Shown: positions 38,669-52,939 of the stretch, one piece after another
How the letters are laid out: every line of letters starts with the position of its first letter
How positions within the stretch are numbered: position 1 is the first letter of the stretch
From: Hydrolagus colliei
Lineage: Eukaryota
DNA: 64,000 nt
NCBI GenBank assembly: GCA_035084275.1
Contig: CM068749.1
Span: 14,632,001-14,696,000, forward strand
Reading direction: 5' to 3'
Notes under the pieces: generated by a model
Told to the model about the DNA's origin: nothing
The model's database searches: none
What the model saw: the letters and a program-made list of their open reading frames with translations, nothing else
Made by a program: the position numbers and the translations under genes

Positions 38669-39089
38669 TATACAAGTTGGGAGAATAGAAGGATTCCAAT
38701 TCCCTTGTTGAATAGAATTTCTCTGCATTCCTTCCTTTATAGCTTCTGATTTGACTGAACGACTGAAATTGAAATCTGTACATGAAACTCAAATTAAACT
38801 GAGTGTTCTCGTCCCGAGTAAACATTTGCATAACCCATTTCCTTGAATTACAGTTTCTGTACATTACATCTTCTGAAATATTCTCTATCTCAACAAGTGT
38901 TTCCAATTTTTGTTAGCTAGTAATTTCCCCTGTGTAATCTTTCCCCACAATTCAAATATTATAACCAATGAACCCTAGTAATGGAAAATAGAAACGGTGG
39001 TATATTTTTTCTTTCTGTATGTATTCTGTATTCAGCAAAGCCATCTTAAATTTGTTAATAAAATAAAAATAATAATTTTGGAACTCAAT

Positions 39090-39552
39090 CCATGACCTTT
39101 TATGAGACATTCCTGGGCGCAATTCTCTGTAGTGTTTCCCCTACAAAATATACAGTCAATTCACTTTACATTTATTCTGTAAAGTGCTTTCAAATGTCTC
39201 AAAGACGTGATCAAATGCAAGGATTATTTTTAAGGTTGTGTCCCATTTTCCACATATCAACTGCTGACTACTACACTAAGGTGTGGTTATGCTCCTGCCC
39301 CTTATCTACATAATTATTCTCTTTATCTATAACAACAATAGTTACTCTTATAATGATAATCCTTGCATTTGATATTGCACCTTATCATATCTTTGAGACA
39401 CCTCAAGGCACTTCACAGAATATACTATAAAGAGAATTGACTGATTACTTTGTGAAACTACAGTACAAAGCTTTTAAAAATCCTGTGAGATGCTTTAAGA
39501 TGTCCTGCCAACTAAAAGGCACCCTGCCAAATGCAAGGATTATTTATTATAA
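39090..39552. mobile_element. Cluster of three SINE 3' fragments (+, -, +)
   Basis: Tails caaatgcaaggattat at ~39225 and ~39540, and ataatccttgcatttg at ~39356. Confidence 0.75.
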
Positions 39553-39920
39553 TATTTCAATTATTCAGGAATTATTACAACTGTTACGACTTTCTCTTGT
39601 TTACATTCTCTACTATACAAGTGGTCCATCTAATAATCTATCATCCTGAATATAACGTCCCTTTTGTTCTCCTTCTGTATTCTCTTCTATAATCGATTGC
39701 CTACCCTTTCAACCTGCCAAAGCCACATCCTTGCATTAAGGTGCGAATTATAAAAATGGGTTGCATTTTTCCACCTCTGCTCACTCTCGCAGTAATGTGA
39801 TCCTGGCACTGGATGACGAAAATACCTTTCAAATCGCTTTGTATATAACCTATCAAGATGATTGCATAATTCAAACCCACTTCTGTGCTCCAAACCTTGC
39901 CACTGTTGAATTTTGTGTGA

Positions 39921-40190
39921 TCCTGTAGCTCAGCGGTTCGATTCCCAGCAGAAACCTTGGATAAATTTCCCCACTCCACATGCCTGATAATAATCCCTCA
40001 AAAAAAAACAATAATAAATTGGTCACTTCAATCCACGTCTGTTTGTGGGACACTGCTGTGCGCAATTGGCTGCTGTGTTTCGCCCACAGATATACAATCA
40101 ATTCACTTTCCAGTACTGTATATTCTGTGAAGCGCTTTGAGACATCTAGGAGATGGGAAAAGTGCTATATCAAATCAAGGATTATTATTA
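39921..40190 (+). mobile_element. tRNA-derived SINE, near full length, head internally deleted
   Basis: tcctgtagctcagcggttcgattcc head, core ctgtttgtgggacactgctgtgcgcaattggctg, tail ggattattatt. Confidence 0.88.
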
Positions 40191-42487
40191 ATATAAAAAT
40201 AATTTTGAACCCAATTTAAATCTGTATAAATAATACAACTGTTCAAAAATAGGTGTTTCACCCCTCTTTCTTTCTGCCCACTTCATATCTTCAGCATTGC
40301 TCCACTCTTAAAAGATGAATCAGCTTGCAGCTGAATTTGGATGCCTCTACCTGATTCCATAAATTTTCCTGGTTGGTGATTCAGGCTACGAACCAAGTGG
40401 AAAGCAACCTTGGCTATATCGAATGCAAGGATTATTTTTTATTTTATGCGATAATAATTTGATTTAGCTTAAATATCATGGCTTGTTACAATTGCTGAAA
40501 TCAAAAGCTTAATCATCATTTCCCACTGCTTGGCCCACAGGTGCCAATTCAATCAAATATAAATCACAAATATGTCAGTGGGAGAACGAATCCATGGTAG
40601 AAACACAGTCAATTGCTGCCTTGACATTTGGTAGGAATTATTGCGTGGATGACTGGCTGGCTATACTGGAAGAGGATCAACACTGCCTAGATACCAAAAG
40701 ATTAGCAAGGTGCACACACACAAGAACATCCCTAATCTGCTCAGAGATCATTAGAAATATATACCTTCATTTCTAAACTGTGAAACAATTTTAAATCTAC
40801 AAATGCAGATTGTATCATAATAAATGGAAAACAGCAGATTATAGTTTATCTACCTGTATTTGCAACCATGCTACTGCACTCTGCAAACCCTTTCTATTTT
40901 TAAAATGAGAACATGTGTAAGTACATTGAAAGCTTGGGGTGGGAGAAAGTGAAAAGTAGTTCCTTTATATGAGCTTGATATGCTTTTACATTATTTGCCT
41001 CTTGGCAGAGGTACCAGGCACATATTCTTTCTGCATGACCTGTTCTTCAAATTGTATACTAGATGTTAAAGCCATTCAAAATCCTTCTGTCACATTTCAT
41101 CCAATTGCATTCTCATACACCCAATCTATCCCCAAGCAAACCGGTTCATTCTACGGTGGTTATAACTTGCTGTTTATATTCTTCTCTGTTGATTTGTTTA
41201 TCTAGCAGAATGCAAGTTAGCTTTACATTCAGCATACACTGCAAGTTGTCCATTCATTTGGGAAAAGCTCATATTTGCTTCAGTGAGCAATCCCCACTGT
41301 CAAATTGTATTTTTTTTTAAACTCCAGGAACATGTGTTTGTCTCAACCATCAATTAAATACAACTGAGTCCTTTCAATGAATGACAAGTACTGTAGAACG
41401 GTCAGGCAAAATAGTGACAAGAACAAATGAGAAAGGCTTGAGAAGGAAGAAAGAGAATAGAAGAAATTGACGTTGCAAACTTAGCTCGCCTCTGTGTTTT
41501 TATTCACTATATTGATCTATAACTGCTTGAAAAAAAGTGGATCAAGCATATTTATTCTTCCTAACTAAATGTAAAATCGAAAATGGTTGGTGTCCATTGT
41601 TCTCATCTTGCACCCTTAGAAACGCTATATAGTATGGCTACAATACTTTGTCTGCTACAATACTGTATCAAAATTTACATATACTTATTAGTCCTAACTT
41701 GTAAGTTCCACCTTATTATCTACCGATTAATGGATCAATTTTAAAAGCTGCACCTATTTTGTACATTTTCCCCGAGGTTCTGCAATAAATTGCTGCAGTT
41801 GTTTATTTGTGTAGTTGGTCAAGGAATGTGTCTATACTTCACTCCAATTGTCTAACTGGGCTACCTCTTTTACATTGATGCATGTAGTTATCATCACTTT
41901 CAGTGACCAAAGTTATGTCAATGTCGTCATTGATCTAAGTGAATAAGAACAAGTGCATGGTCTCTCATTTTATTTAAGGTAGTTATAAATCAGGTGTGCC
42001 TCCATTCTTCCAATTCTCCCTGGGCTACATTGACAGCGAAGTAACCACTACAGATTTCTTCATCGACCTTTGAAAACATGGGCATTTAGTTGACAAGATG
42101 AGGCAGAATCCCATTTTATTGGTGTTAACCAATTTCATAGCCACGGGCAGCAAGTGTAACTTATTGCCATCATCAAGCTACCTTTCAAAGGGCAAAGAAA
42201 CAGCTTGAGGCAGTAATGGTTAGAAGGCAGGGTGTATATTGTGGAAGAAGGCAGGGTATGTTATAAGCAATAAAATGGTATTAAACAATAATTAGAATGA
42301 AAAGTCTTCTTGATCAGCAGTTCTGCTCTGATCTTGTGAACTAAGTGGGGTTTCTCCCATCAGCATCCAGTTATTCCATTCAGATTCAATAGCCTACAAT
42401 AATTACATGTACTTGTACATGCCTGTCGCTGGGGGGCAGCGTCTTAGAATTACTACAACTTAATACATCATCTTGATCTATCACATT

Positions 42488-42766
42488 TAATAATGATAAT
42501 CTTTGCATTCAGGTCTTCTGTACTTCTCAAAGCGCTTCACAGAATATACTGTAAAGAATTGACTGCATATTTGTGGGCGAAACGCAGCAGCCAATTGCAT
42601 ACAGCAGTGTCCCACAAACAGTCGTGCATTGAAATGACCAATTTTTTTTTGAGGGATTATTATTCAGTGTGTAGAGAAAGGAAACTCGCCCAAGGTTTTG
42701 CTCTGCCTGGAATTGAACCCAGGTCTCTCGCTTGTAAGGCGAGTCCTCTAACCGCTGATCTATTGG
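42488..42766 (-). mobile_element. tRNA-derived SINE, near full length
   Basis: Minus strand A-box tagatcagcggttagag, B-box gggttcaattcc, Deu-like core, L2-like tail. Confidence 0.9.
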
Positions 42767-44322
42767 ACAGGACTTTTACTTCATTTCCTAAAGCTAAATG
42801 CAATAAATTACTTCCTCTGTTTTGGGCCAATTCTACAATGCTAGTACAGAGATTGCCAGCATCAAATCCTTTCATATGACAATGGTCTTAAAAGAAGCTT
42901 GTGCCCCCATCACAAACTGAACAACTGAGGTTACTCAGTTTGGGAATCAAACCTGAATCATATATATATACCATGAAGGAGAGGGCCATTCTGCCCGTCA
43001 GAGCAAACTGTACTTTCAATCCTGCTGCCCTGCCCCATTCCAATGGTCACTTGATCGACAACAACTTCATAATTAGGTTAGTTTGCCTATTTCGGAACAA
43101 ATCAGCAGATAATAGGGAGATTGTCTGATTGGCAGACAATGGGCTGACCCTGTCAGATAAGCAGACAAGTGCTTTCTCATTTTGAGCTCGCACCATCCAG
43201 CTGTGGTAAACTTATGGAACGTTGGAAAATAAGATACTCTTGATCTCCAAATTCAGAAAATTTAGTGACGTTCACAATATTGTCCCTCTTATGTTCCAAA
43301 TGATTTATTGTACTTAATAATATACAGTAGTTAGGGTTCGGTTCAAAGTAAAATTCAGGTTAGAAGCATATCTGTCAAATATTTAAACTAATTCCCCGGA
43401 CAACAGCCTAAGAAAATAAATCTAGATAAGCTAAACAACCTTGGAAAGCTGTATTTCAAACATGCCCGAGACTGATTGAAAGAAGAAAGAAATGGCTTAT
43501 GCATTTCCTACTGTCTACAAACATGGAACATTAGCATGCAGTTCTCATTGAAAGAAAAACCTTCCAATTTGAAATTCTCTGAATGATCATTTCATGGGAC
43601 TAGATTTATTGCAATGTTAGTGCAGTTGGAGACAGGAGGGTAATTGAGATTTTTTGTTAACTCATAATTTGCATTCCATTCCTGTATTTCTGGATACTCC
43701 CTTGGTAAAAGACAGCATTATTGAATCCTTCTTCCAATTGATCCCATTGTTCTTCCTCAGTCCCATGGGTACAACAATTATAGATCACTCTTGGAATTGG
43801 GGAGATGAACATGACAGATTTCAAAAGTATCACACAAAGAGTTGGCCATTGTATTTTACCCTTAACAACGTGACATGATTCTTATTCCAGTTTAATGCAT
43901 TTTAAGCCCTAATGTGTTACCATATTATAATCTACAAATCAGAGTCGCTCTTGTTTCAGATCACAGTTCTGTTTGTATTGAACTCTTCTTAAGTCCCAAG
44001 TCACATAAATCACCTTCAATTGATATTCAATAGATTGTGAACATTGAGTAGATGGTTGTTTCCATATTGACAAAAAATAGTTGAACCAATTAGTGTAATG
44101 AGATGTTGCACTTTGTTGCTAGTATATTGTTGGCACTGAAAAAACACCAGAAGTCAGATTATTATAGTACTGTAAATGATTCTTTGCTTTAAAAGGTCAT
44201 TTGTCTACTTTTTATGAACTTTCTTTCATTTTTTAGCCATCAATTATTTGCAGGTGGAAACTGTTTGAAGGTAAAATTCTACTACCTTATTCTACCCCGT
44301 TGATGACTCTTAGGTGTCACCA

Positions 44323-44380
44323 TATATCTATCTATATATATATATAGATAGGGAATATATATATATTATAGAGAGAGAGA
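44323..44380. repeat. (TA)n/(GA)n microsatellite
   Basis: Directly visible. Confidence 0.85.
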
Positions 44381-44415
44381 TTCCAGCCATTCTCTTTGTT
44401 TTCAGTTATGGTTTG

Positions 44416-44653
44416 CAACAACAGTAACTTGCATTTATATAGCACCCTTCATGCGGGCTAGCATCCCAGAGCGTTTTATAGTGGTGGAGTCTGACAATAC
44501 TAGATTGGCACCTCCAACAACGCAACAAACCCCAGCACTGCATGCTCACTGTATGAGTTTAGGCTATGTGACATCTCAAGTCCTGATGTGGTGCTTGAAA
44601 CCACAACCTTCTGATTCAGTATTGAGAGTGGTACCACTGAGCCAAGCTGACAC
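44416..44653 (-). mobile_element. SacSINE1-like tRNA SINE head joined to an L2-type tail
   Basis: Minus strand gtcagcttggctcagtggtaccactctc...gaatcagaaggttgtggtttcaagcaccacatcaggacttgag; tail gggtgctatataaatgcaagttactgttgttg. Confidence 0.7.
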
Positions 44654-47600
44654 TCAATGTGAAAACAAGTCTACGCCAAACTGGTTGGATAAATCTATTT
44701 TTAATTCACTCAGTCCTTGCTGCCAGCAAAGCTGACTCTCAGGATATGTCTATAATATGTAGAAGATTGTGTCCTCCTCTCCACAGATACTCCAGCATTC
44801 AACTGGGGGCTTGTACGGTCTGCTTCTATAATCACTGGGTGGGGGGGAGGGAGGGGTTGGTGGTATGACGAGGCAGATCTCAATACTATCTACCCATCAG
44901 CTTCAGATAAACAGACTATAAAAAGAATACTGAATTCTTTCCACTCCTAAATTTGTAAACAATCCAAAGGTTACCAACGAAAGCCTAAAATTGAGGTGGT
45001 GTTATGTTGTTAGTTTGAGAGGTATATTGTGTGAAGATGAGGATATATAGCAGCTGTTTGTTAGTCCTATAGAAGTTACATGGTCAGCAATTACTTTTAA
45101 CTGTCCAGTGTCTGAACAGGTTCATTCATCCTTAATAGGATGGTTGACTAGCTTTTATTAAGGAATGCCTGGGGAACAAGCTCCATCTTCATACAAACTT
45201 CAAACTCATCGGTATTTACTAGCAAGAGATAATTGACTGAATATCTAGAAACAAGCAAAAGGAGCATCATAGGCGAGAATGTGCAAGAAAAAAAATTGAA
45301 TGCAGTGAAGCCATACATGAACAGATACAACAGAAACAGTAAAGGCAGAATGTGTAAAACAGTTCAGGAGATATGGAGATTGGCTCTGTTCAGGAACTGG
45401 CGGAGGAAGAGCATGCAGTGGCCTAGTCCCACACATATAACATGACCCTCAAGCAATGTGTTTTCATTCTACAATTGCTTGAGTGTTATTAATGTGGCAC
45501 TGCTATGAATAAAATGAAATGTACTGTGAAGTACACAAGATAGTCAGGCACCAGATATGCTTGGAACCGGGGATTCACCAGGATGTGTGGCATCCTTCTG
45601 ACAGTCCTGTTTCCCATCTGTACCAACAAAATAGGAACAGTTCTAATTGCTCGAGCAAGGACAACATGCTACTTCACCTTAATCTTCAAATGTGCAATGA
45701 ACCCCCATTAACCTGTGCAAACAAAAATGCCAAGTGGGATACATAACAGAGGAGTTTTTAACGTCGGTGCAATCGGTGCAATGCACCAAGGGGCCGCTCA
45801 TATTGCGGGCCCCCAAAGTAATGCAAAAAATCATCAAAACGGGGGGATTTTAGTGTGCTGTGCTCTTGTCTTTTGTTAAATATAACGAAAACCAGAGCTC
45901 TCCCCAGCCAGAGAAGGCGGTTCTGCCCAAAGAGGCATTGCACCTGCCAAAGTTATTTTTTGCATAAAATAAAATTTTGACTCACTTACAAAAGAAATAT
46001 TCTCATTTGTTGGATATAACTTGACCGAAAAATAAGCATACGGCATGGCCATAATGTTTAAGTCATGCGACTTTAATAGTGCAGTGATTCGGCGCACACT
46101 ATGTACTGATCCGGATAAAGAGAATCCCGCCTCCAACTTGGATCACATGCACGAAAGTACTAATACCAAGATCTAATCATTGGCGGGTCTAACTCAAAGA
46201 CTATCGGCGCGAATCAGAGATGTTCAATTTTTACTGTTTGTTGAAAAAACTCGAGAGCGCGTTTTATCAAGGAGAACACAGTGATAAAGGCTAGCACTCA
46301 TTGCACATCAAACTAGGTAAGATTCTACAACCTCCAACTGACGAGCCCCCTAAGAAAATTCCACCGAATAGTTTAAAGTCTTAAAAACGCCTCTGATACA
46401 TAAACAGCCAAATGACAGCAAACAATCCAGCAAAGCAGTCAATCATTTAAATAGACAGAAAGTCTGAAAGAAGCTTCTCACCAAATAACCCAAAGAAGGG
46501 CTACAGTTCCATTGTTATTCCCCAAGAGGATGCTACGTGTTCTCTGTACATTTCAACACTACTGGAGGCGGCATAGATGCAATGAATGCAGAAGATCCAC
46601 TGATGAAGCCATGAGATACATTATTGTTGCACAACAAACCATGCTCTGTACTATCATTTGTCACAGAAAGCTGCAACAATTCAAATTATAAACAATAGCT
46701 GAGGCAGAACAAGTTGCTATTCCAAGCATAAACATGCTAAACAGAGGAATATCCTAAAGTCCTGATAATAATTGATTATGGAGATATGCAATTGATCAGC
46801 AATGACAGGAGAAATTTCGGTTCAAGGCCAATCACAGCGACATACTGTAGCCGGAGATGTGACCTTGGATACATGCAGCATTTCAAGATGCTAAGCACTT
46901 GTAAAACACACAACCATTAGCAAATATTAATAATTCAGAAGCCATAATAGCAGCAACATTACATTTGTATAGCGACTTTCATATCCGGAATGCAGTGGGT
47001 AGGGTGTTTTTGTGGCAACGTCAGACACGTGCCACATTTGAATGGTCGCAGAGAGAGAGAGAGAAAAAGATGCTGCTGCAAACAAAACAAACCACTCTCT
47101 CTCCTTTGCAACTTCACATTTTTTGCCGTATTGGCACGGAACATTGCATTCAGCAATGAACTCAGCATTTCCACAAGCAAAGTGGAGCTCATCCGTCCTA
47201 GGAATCGCTATCCTTATGGAGTTCTAGAATAAAGTGTTTTCATGCGCCTCATGAATATTAATTTTAAACAGGCATTACTGGTTTCTTTTCCCATAGGAAA
47301 ATGGCATTTCAATTTTTAAATTAAAAATATTTGTTTGACAGGCAATCACGAATGTATCAGAAATATGTTTCAGTGACATGCATAAAGATGGACTGGCAAG
47401 CATTTTGATAGCTCACACTGAATTCACTTTATCATCTGCATGGAATATTTTACCATTTGGAAGAGTCATTACTGAAATCCTGAAATCCTAGGTGAAAGGG
47501 TCTAAGCCCAAAGTACAAGAAATCTCTAGGGTTGAACAGAGAAGCAGAAATGAGCAGCATCAAAACTGCTTTGTTGATGCTACATTTGGCTTTGGAAAGA

Positions 47601-47764
47601 CTTAGATTATATGAGGAAATTATAATTTTAAAAATTCTAAACTACATCCTGTGGGGAATGGATTAAAATATATGCAATATTTATCCTAGATTCATGAAAA
47701 AAAAGTTTTTCCTTTCTTTCTTACATGAATCTTATGATGATTTTATTGCAGAATTTTCACTTTA

Positions 47765-48048
47765 ATCAATTCACTTTACAGTATTTCTGTGAAGTGCTTT
47801 GAGACGTCTAGAAGATGTGACAAGTGCTATATCACAAGCAAGGATTGTTATTTATTATTACTTTTTCAGACCCACGCCTTGCCCCCTCTCCAAGTCACGC
47901 CTAAAACCGTCTTTTTCAACTGTGCTTATGGCCACCTCTCCCAACAATGCCCCCACAACCCCACCTCAGAGTCAGGCTCCATCACTGTTAAGTGTTCTGT
48001 GACGCCACCCAGAGTGGAGGCTATATATAAGTGCAAGTTGTTGTTGTT
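47765..48048 (+). mobile_element. SINE 3' fragment followed by an L2 3' fragment
   Basis: tcaattcactttacagtat...gcaaggattgttattt, then SKSRLKP motif and tail ggctatatataagtgcaag(ttg)n. Confidence 0.8.
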
Positions 48049-48709
48049 TTAAATGGAAATGCTCTGTTGAATTCAATCAGTTGAATCTGTAAGCTCTTTA
48101 TTTTGAAGAAACCCTTCCTTTGGAAAAGCGATGCTCCCAGAGTACGATTACCGCACGCGTGTAAAATCTATAAATGATTCTCTCTGAACGGGACATTCAT
48201 CTTTCATTACTAATCATTCTGTGACAATGAAATAGATTATTTTTAATGAGCCCAGAAGGTTTCAAAAGTAACCATGGCCACCAAGCTTCAAATCATTAAG
48301 CCTCTCTCCACTGCTTTGCATTTGACTTGCCCTCTTTTAGTCTCCTTTAGAGACAGGCTAAGAATTGCAGCAAACAAAAACAGAGATGACATCTTATCTT
48401 TGCTGAAAAAAATCGAGAAATGATTGGGGTTTGTAAGAAAACAAAAATAAAACACTCAAAGAATATCAAGAAGTGCATACTCAAAGCAGCTAAACTGTAT
48501 TCAGCCACAAATTTTAAAAATGCATTTTATTTCCCTTTGGAAAGCTTAATTCATCATCACTTAGTCACCAGTAGCTGAAATAATCAATGCCTCCTCCTTC
48601 ACTTATGCAGGCATGAGGACAAAGATTACGTTTCATTCTCAGAGCTGCAGAATGCATCTTTGTGCATATGGTTAAAATACGCTTAGTGATAGAGAGCAAG
48701 CCAAAGTGA

Positions 48710-48960
48710 ATATAGAAACATAGAAATCTGCAGTGCAGAAGGAGGCGAATTAGCCCATTGAGTCGACACGGACTCACAACATAAGGAGACCACTTGGGTC
48801 CCACCACCTTGCCTTTTCCCCGTAGCCCTACAACCCCCTCTATTTCATATGAATGTGGCCATCCTTCAATCTAGAACTGTAGAATTATTGTACATAGAAT
48901 CATACAGTTCGGAAACAAGCCGTTCGGCCCAACTAGTCTGTGCTGTACATACTCCACACA
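48710..48960 (-). mobile_element. Two CR1 3' tails
   Basis: atagaaacatagaa...gcagaaggaggc...gcccattgagtc and catagaatcatacag...ccgttcggcccaactagtc. Confidence 0.7.
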
Positions 48961-50634
48961 AGCCTACTACCATCTAGTAAGGTGGCAAGATTTTAACCGG
49001 AATTGATCCATGCATAATACCAACTAAATTTTGAAAACTCGGGTTTAGAGAAAAGTAATCAGTTATTCATACCAATGGAGTCAGACTTTCATAGGCAAAT
49101 GTCAGCAGTACAGTAGGGCAAAAATTCCATCTGGGCCTAGATTTACTTCTCACCAGTAGCATTTAAAAATGTCCCCAATTTGGCACATTGTGAATTCAGT
49201 ATCAATTCTTAGGTCATTTTTCTGTAGTCTGTTAAGTCTGTAGAACTTAACTGGAAATAAAAAAGCTTGTTCTCCTTTGTAATCCTTCAATCCTATCAAT
49301 CCATATTACTTCAAGTTTAATATAGAGATTTATAACCACATTATTAAATCTTTACTCAATGCTTCTGGTTTGTCCATTTCATTGCTATCTCACATTCTGG
49401 ATGTAAATCAAATTCAAGCATTTTTACCCTGAATCCTTCTTCTTTTACAATATCTTCAAGCTATCACAATTTCCATTTTGAATCAAGGTATTTGCCCCAA
49501 AGACGTACAGTTGATATATATTGCATGGCATAATATATATAACTCATTCATTGCACATCAATTGAATGAAAGAAACCAGCTCCTTATAATGAATGCTATC
49601 AAATATATTTTCAATGAAGATGCATAAAATATAGTTTCGACATGGAGCCGCCACATCCCTCCTACACTCCACCATCATTACTACAAAGACGATCACAGTT
49701 AGAGCAAATTGATAGTAACATAAGGATCAAGAGGTCTGATGTCCTATTTAACAGTGACTAATAGATCAAGCTCATGAATACGATACAATGTTCCTTTAGT
49801 TTGCATTGAACAATTTGGTATGGGAAGGTATGGGAAATATAAAATTGTATTTATCAGCACAAATAGCATACTAAGTGCTCTGGGACAGAATCGTGGTCTC
49901 CATTCTCCACTGCAGATGGTTCCTTGCATTTAAAATCCAGATGGAGCCTTCTGTTTTTGGCAATAGGGGTATATTTTGCAATATTGTTACAGTACAAATT
50001 ACCCTCTGCCAGAAGATATTAAAACATAAAAAAGGGCAGAAAATTGGCTAAATGATTTTGACAGCAGTGCATATAGAGCAAAACAAATAGATAGCATGCA
50101 TTTGCTAAAAAGCTAAGAAAGGAATTCCGAATTAAATTTCCTTTTCAACTGACATTTGTATATGTTCAGTGACATAATGTAAATATGATGTAACTGTAAA
50201 GTTTGGAGTGCTATGGCTTACAGCCAGAGAGAAGGGATGAGAAACATAAAGTTATGTTTGTCCACCGTTGATTCAAATAGTTGAAAAAGTACAAATCGCA
50301 GGTGCTTTAACGATTTATAAAAATTGTGATTAAATTATGTGACTTGGTTTCAAAATGATAACCATTTCTACGAATATACCTTTTTGTATAAGGACTTTGT
50401 TCGTACCTTCCACCCCCACCCCCATTTTATGAATGACTTGCAAGCTATCTATCAATCAGACATAGCCGGTGGAGGTACATGAAGTACTAAGGCAAAACTC
50501 CTGGACAAAACTCTCTCCCATAAGGGAAATCATTTCATTTCAGGTCATACCATCTGCCCATCCAGATGTTGCTCTCACAAAACTATTGGAGGAATCAGTT
50601 CCAGGAAAATCCACAGGGCGATACAGGCATGACA

Positions 50635-50815
50635 TCAACAACAACTTGCAACAACTTGCACTCTCAGATGCATGGCAGCATCTGAGAGTGCTTAATAATG
50701 GCAGGGGGGTGGGGAGGAGGGAAGCGGAAGCACAGTTGGAAACAGAAGTTTCATGACGGGATTTGAAAGCAGGAAGAAAGGGGTAAACTGAAGGGATCGA
50801 GGGAGAATGATGACA
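50635..50815 (-). mobile_element. L2 3' fragment
   Basis: PAFKSRHETSV (ORF 50540..50836) and (caa)n-cttgca tail. Confidence 0.65.
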
Positions 50816-52939
50816 TGCAAGTTGGAGGAAACTCACACAACGATCGTTATGTGACAGTTATGTAAACAGCAGTTACTTATCACAAAATTCTCAATGGAAC
50901 CAAGCAAACATAGACTCTGCAATAGAAACTAGACTGTCTTATGAGATCTGCAATATCTCAAGCAGGCTAGCATGATAAACCTGTGCAAGTTGATGCTGAG
51001 CGATTCTGCAGATTTTCGCGAAGCTCAATAAACAACAATAATAACATTACATTTTTAAGTCCCAAAGCACTGGATATAAATATAAAGATTGCCCTGGAAG
51101 ATTTCAGAGGTCTTTCATAGATTGATATACAACAAATTATATAGAAGTTACTATGAATGAAATTTAAATAGGTTTATCAGAAATAGACTGTCTGCACTGG
51201 TACTGGATAGATCCTGATAATAATTCTTGCATTTGATACAGTGTCATTACATTAAAATGTCTCAAAATGCTTGAGAGAATTTCTGTAGAGTATGGTGATT
51301 GTACTGAGGATGAATATTGCAGCCAATTTCCCAGAGGACCTAACACCTCTGGGAATAAGCCACACAATTCCTTAAGGATGTTTGAGCCAAATGTTCATAT
51401 GTTAGCTCAAAGAGCAGCCCATTTGCTGAACGGTTGCTGGATAGGATGTGATCTCTAAGGTGCAGAGCTGATGCCTGTCAGACTTCCAGAGCTGGAAGAC
51501 AATCAAACTGAAGGAGATGCCAAGGGTACAGCAAGTTTCATTGTGCCTGATTCACTGTAACATTTAACAGGTCGTGTAATGATCTCCAGCTCTGATCCTT
51601 TTAACCTTGTGCCACAGTATAAGCTGCCGGTGACATCGAGCCATCAAAAAGCGAGAAATATCCTGTGCATAAATAGCCCCTTGCATAACTATGTGCTAAA
51701 TAACATACTGAATTAAAACATAATTGAAATAATAATCCTTGCATTTCGCCAAGGAACAAGGCAACCAATTTGCACATAGCAATAACCCCAAAATAGAAGT
51801 GAATAAGCAATTTTATCTTGTGGATTGTTTGCCAACAAATAAAAACCTCCTATGTCATAATTTATGCTTCTTTGTAGCAGTTTTCCAATTACTGTAACAT
51901 TTCATACTTAAATGCTTGCATTGACTATGATGTAGAGGCAGCACACAATTGGTTAACTTTCTCTATATCTTCAACATGGAAGCAATGTATCTTCATTTTT
52001 AAAGCCTTATTCTGCTTTTCATCTCATCTGCAGAGAATGATGCATTCATGAACATCCTCACAGAATTTCCTACCTCATTATTTGAAGTAGATTAGCTTGA
52101 TTTCCTTTCATGCGTTTATATCCTACTGATGCCCTGTAAATCCTCTTTCATAGTAATGACCTACACATGGATTCCTACCACCTCTTCAATAACTACTGAA
52201 ATATAATGAGACGTTACATTTCACTTCTGCTTAAAAGTTAATTATAGAGTTGCAGGGCACCCACTTGGTCACACATCTTACGCTGTGAAGATGGAATAGC
52301 TGTCAGATTTCTGGGTTTCTTATGATTTGTTACATAAAGGAAGAAGTAAGGGTGTATTAGATTTTAAAAAATATTTAAAAATTGATTCATCTAAAGGAAA
52401 ACGACATGAAAGGTCATGTTGTAGGCAGGAAAAAGTAAATTATTTTTTAGTTTCAAAAATGGTTGCTACCCAGTTTTCTTCCTGCACAAATTAAACTCAG
52501 ATTTCTGCTGCCTTTATTCTCACAGGGTGGGTGGGAGAGATCAGTTACCTTTGCGTTTTCTATTTAGATGTTAGAATATACCAGATACTCTCCACAAGGA
52601 GTTCTTTGAGAGCTATACAATTTAAATTACAGAATAGGACTTTTATACGGTAACTCCATTGGAGCAAGAGCATTAGGCAATGCATGTTTTAGCAGCCGCA
52701 ATGTATCAGAGAGAATTGTTGTGACAGCTTACATACTATCCTTTTCAAGTGAGATACCATTGCTCTCAGCAGAGTATTACATTTCAAAAAGTGTAAAGTT
52801 CATCAACCTATATCCAGTAAAGAGACAGTATCCAGTAAGAAGAAGAAAATAACCATAATTTCTGACTTTTTATAAAAGATACAAATAAGTAATGGTAAAT
52901 TAAAAGATATTTTGTATAACATTCTCCACAACTGATCAT

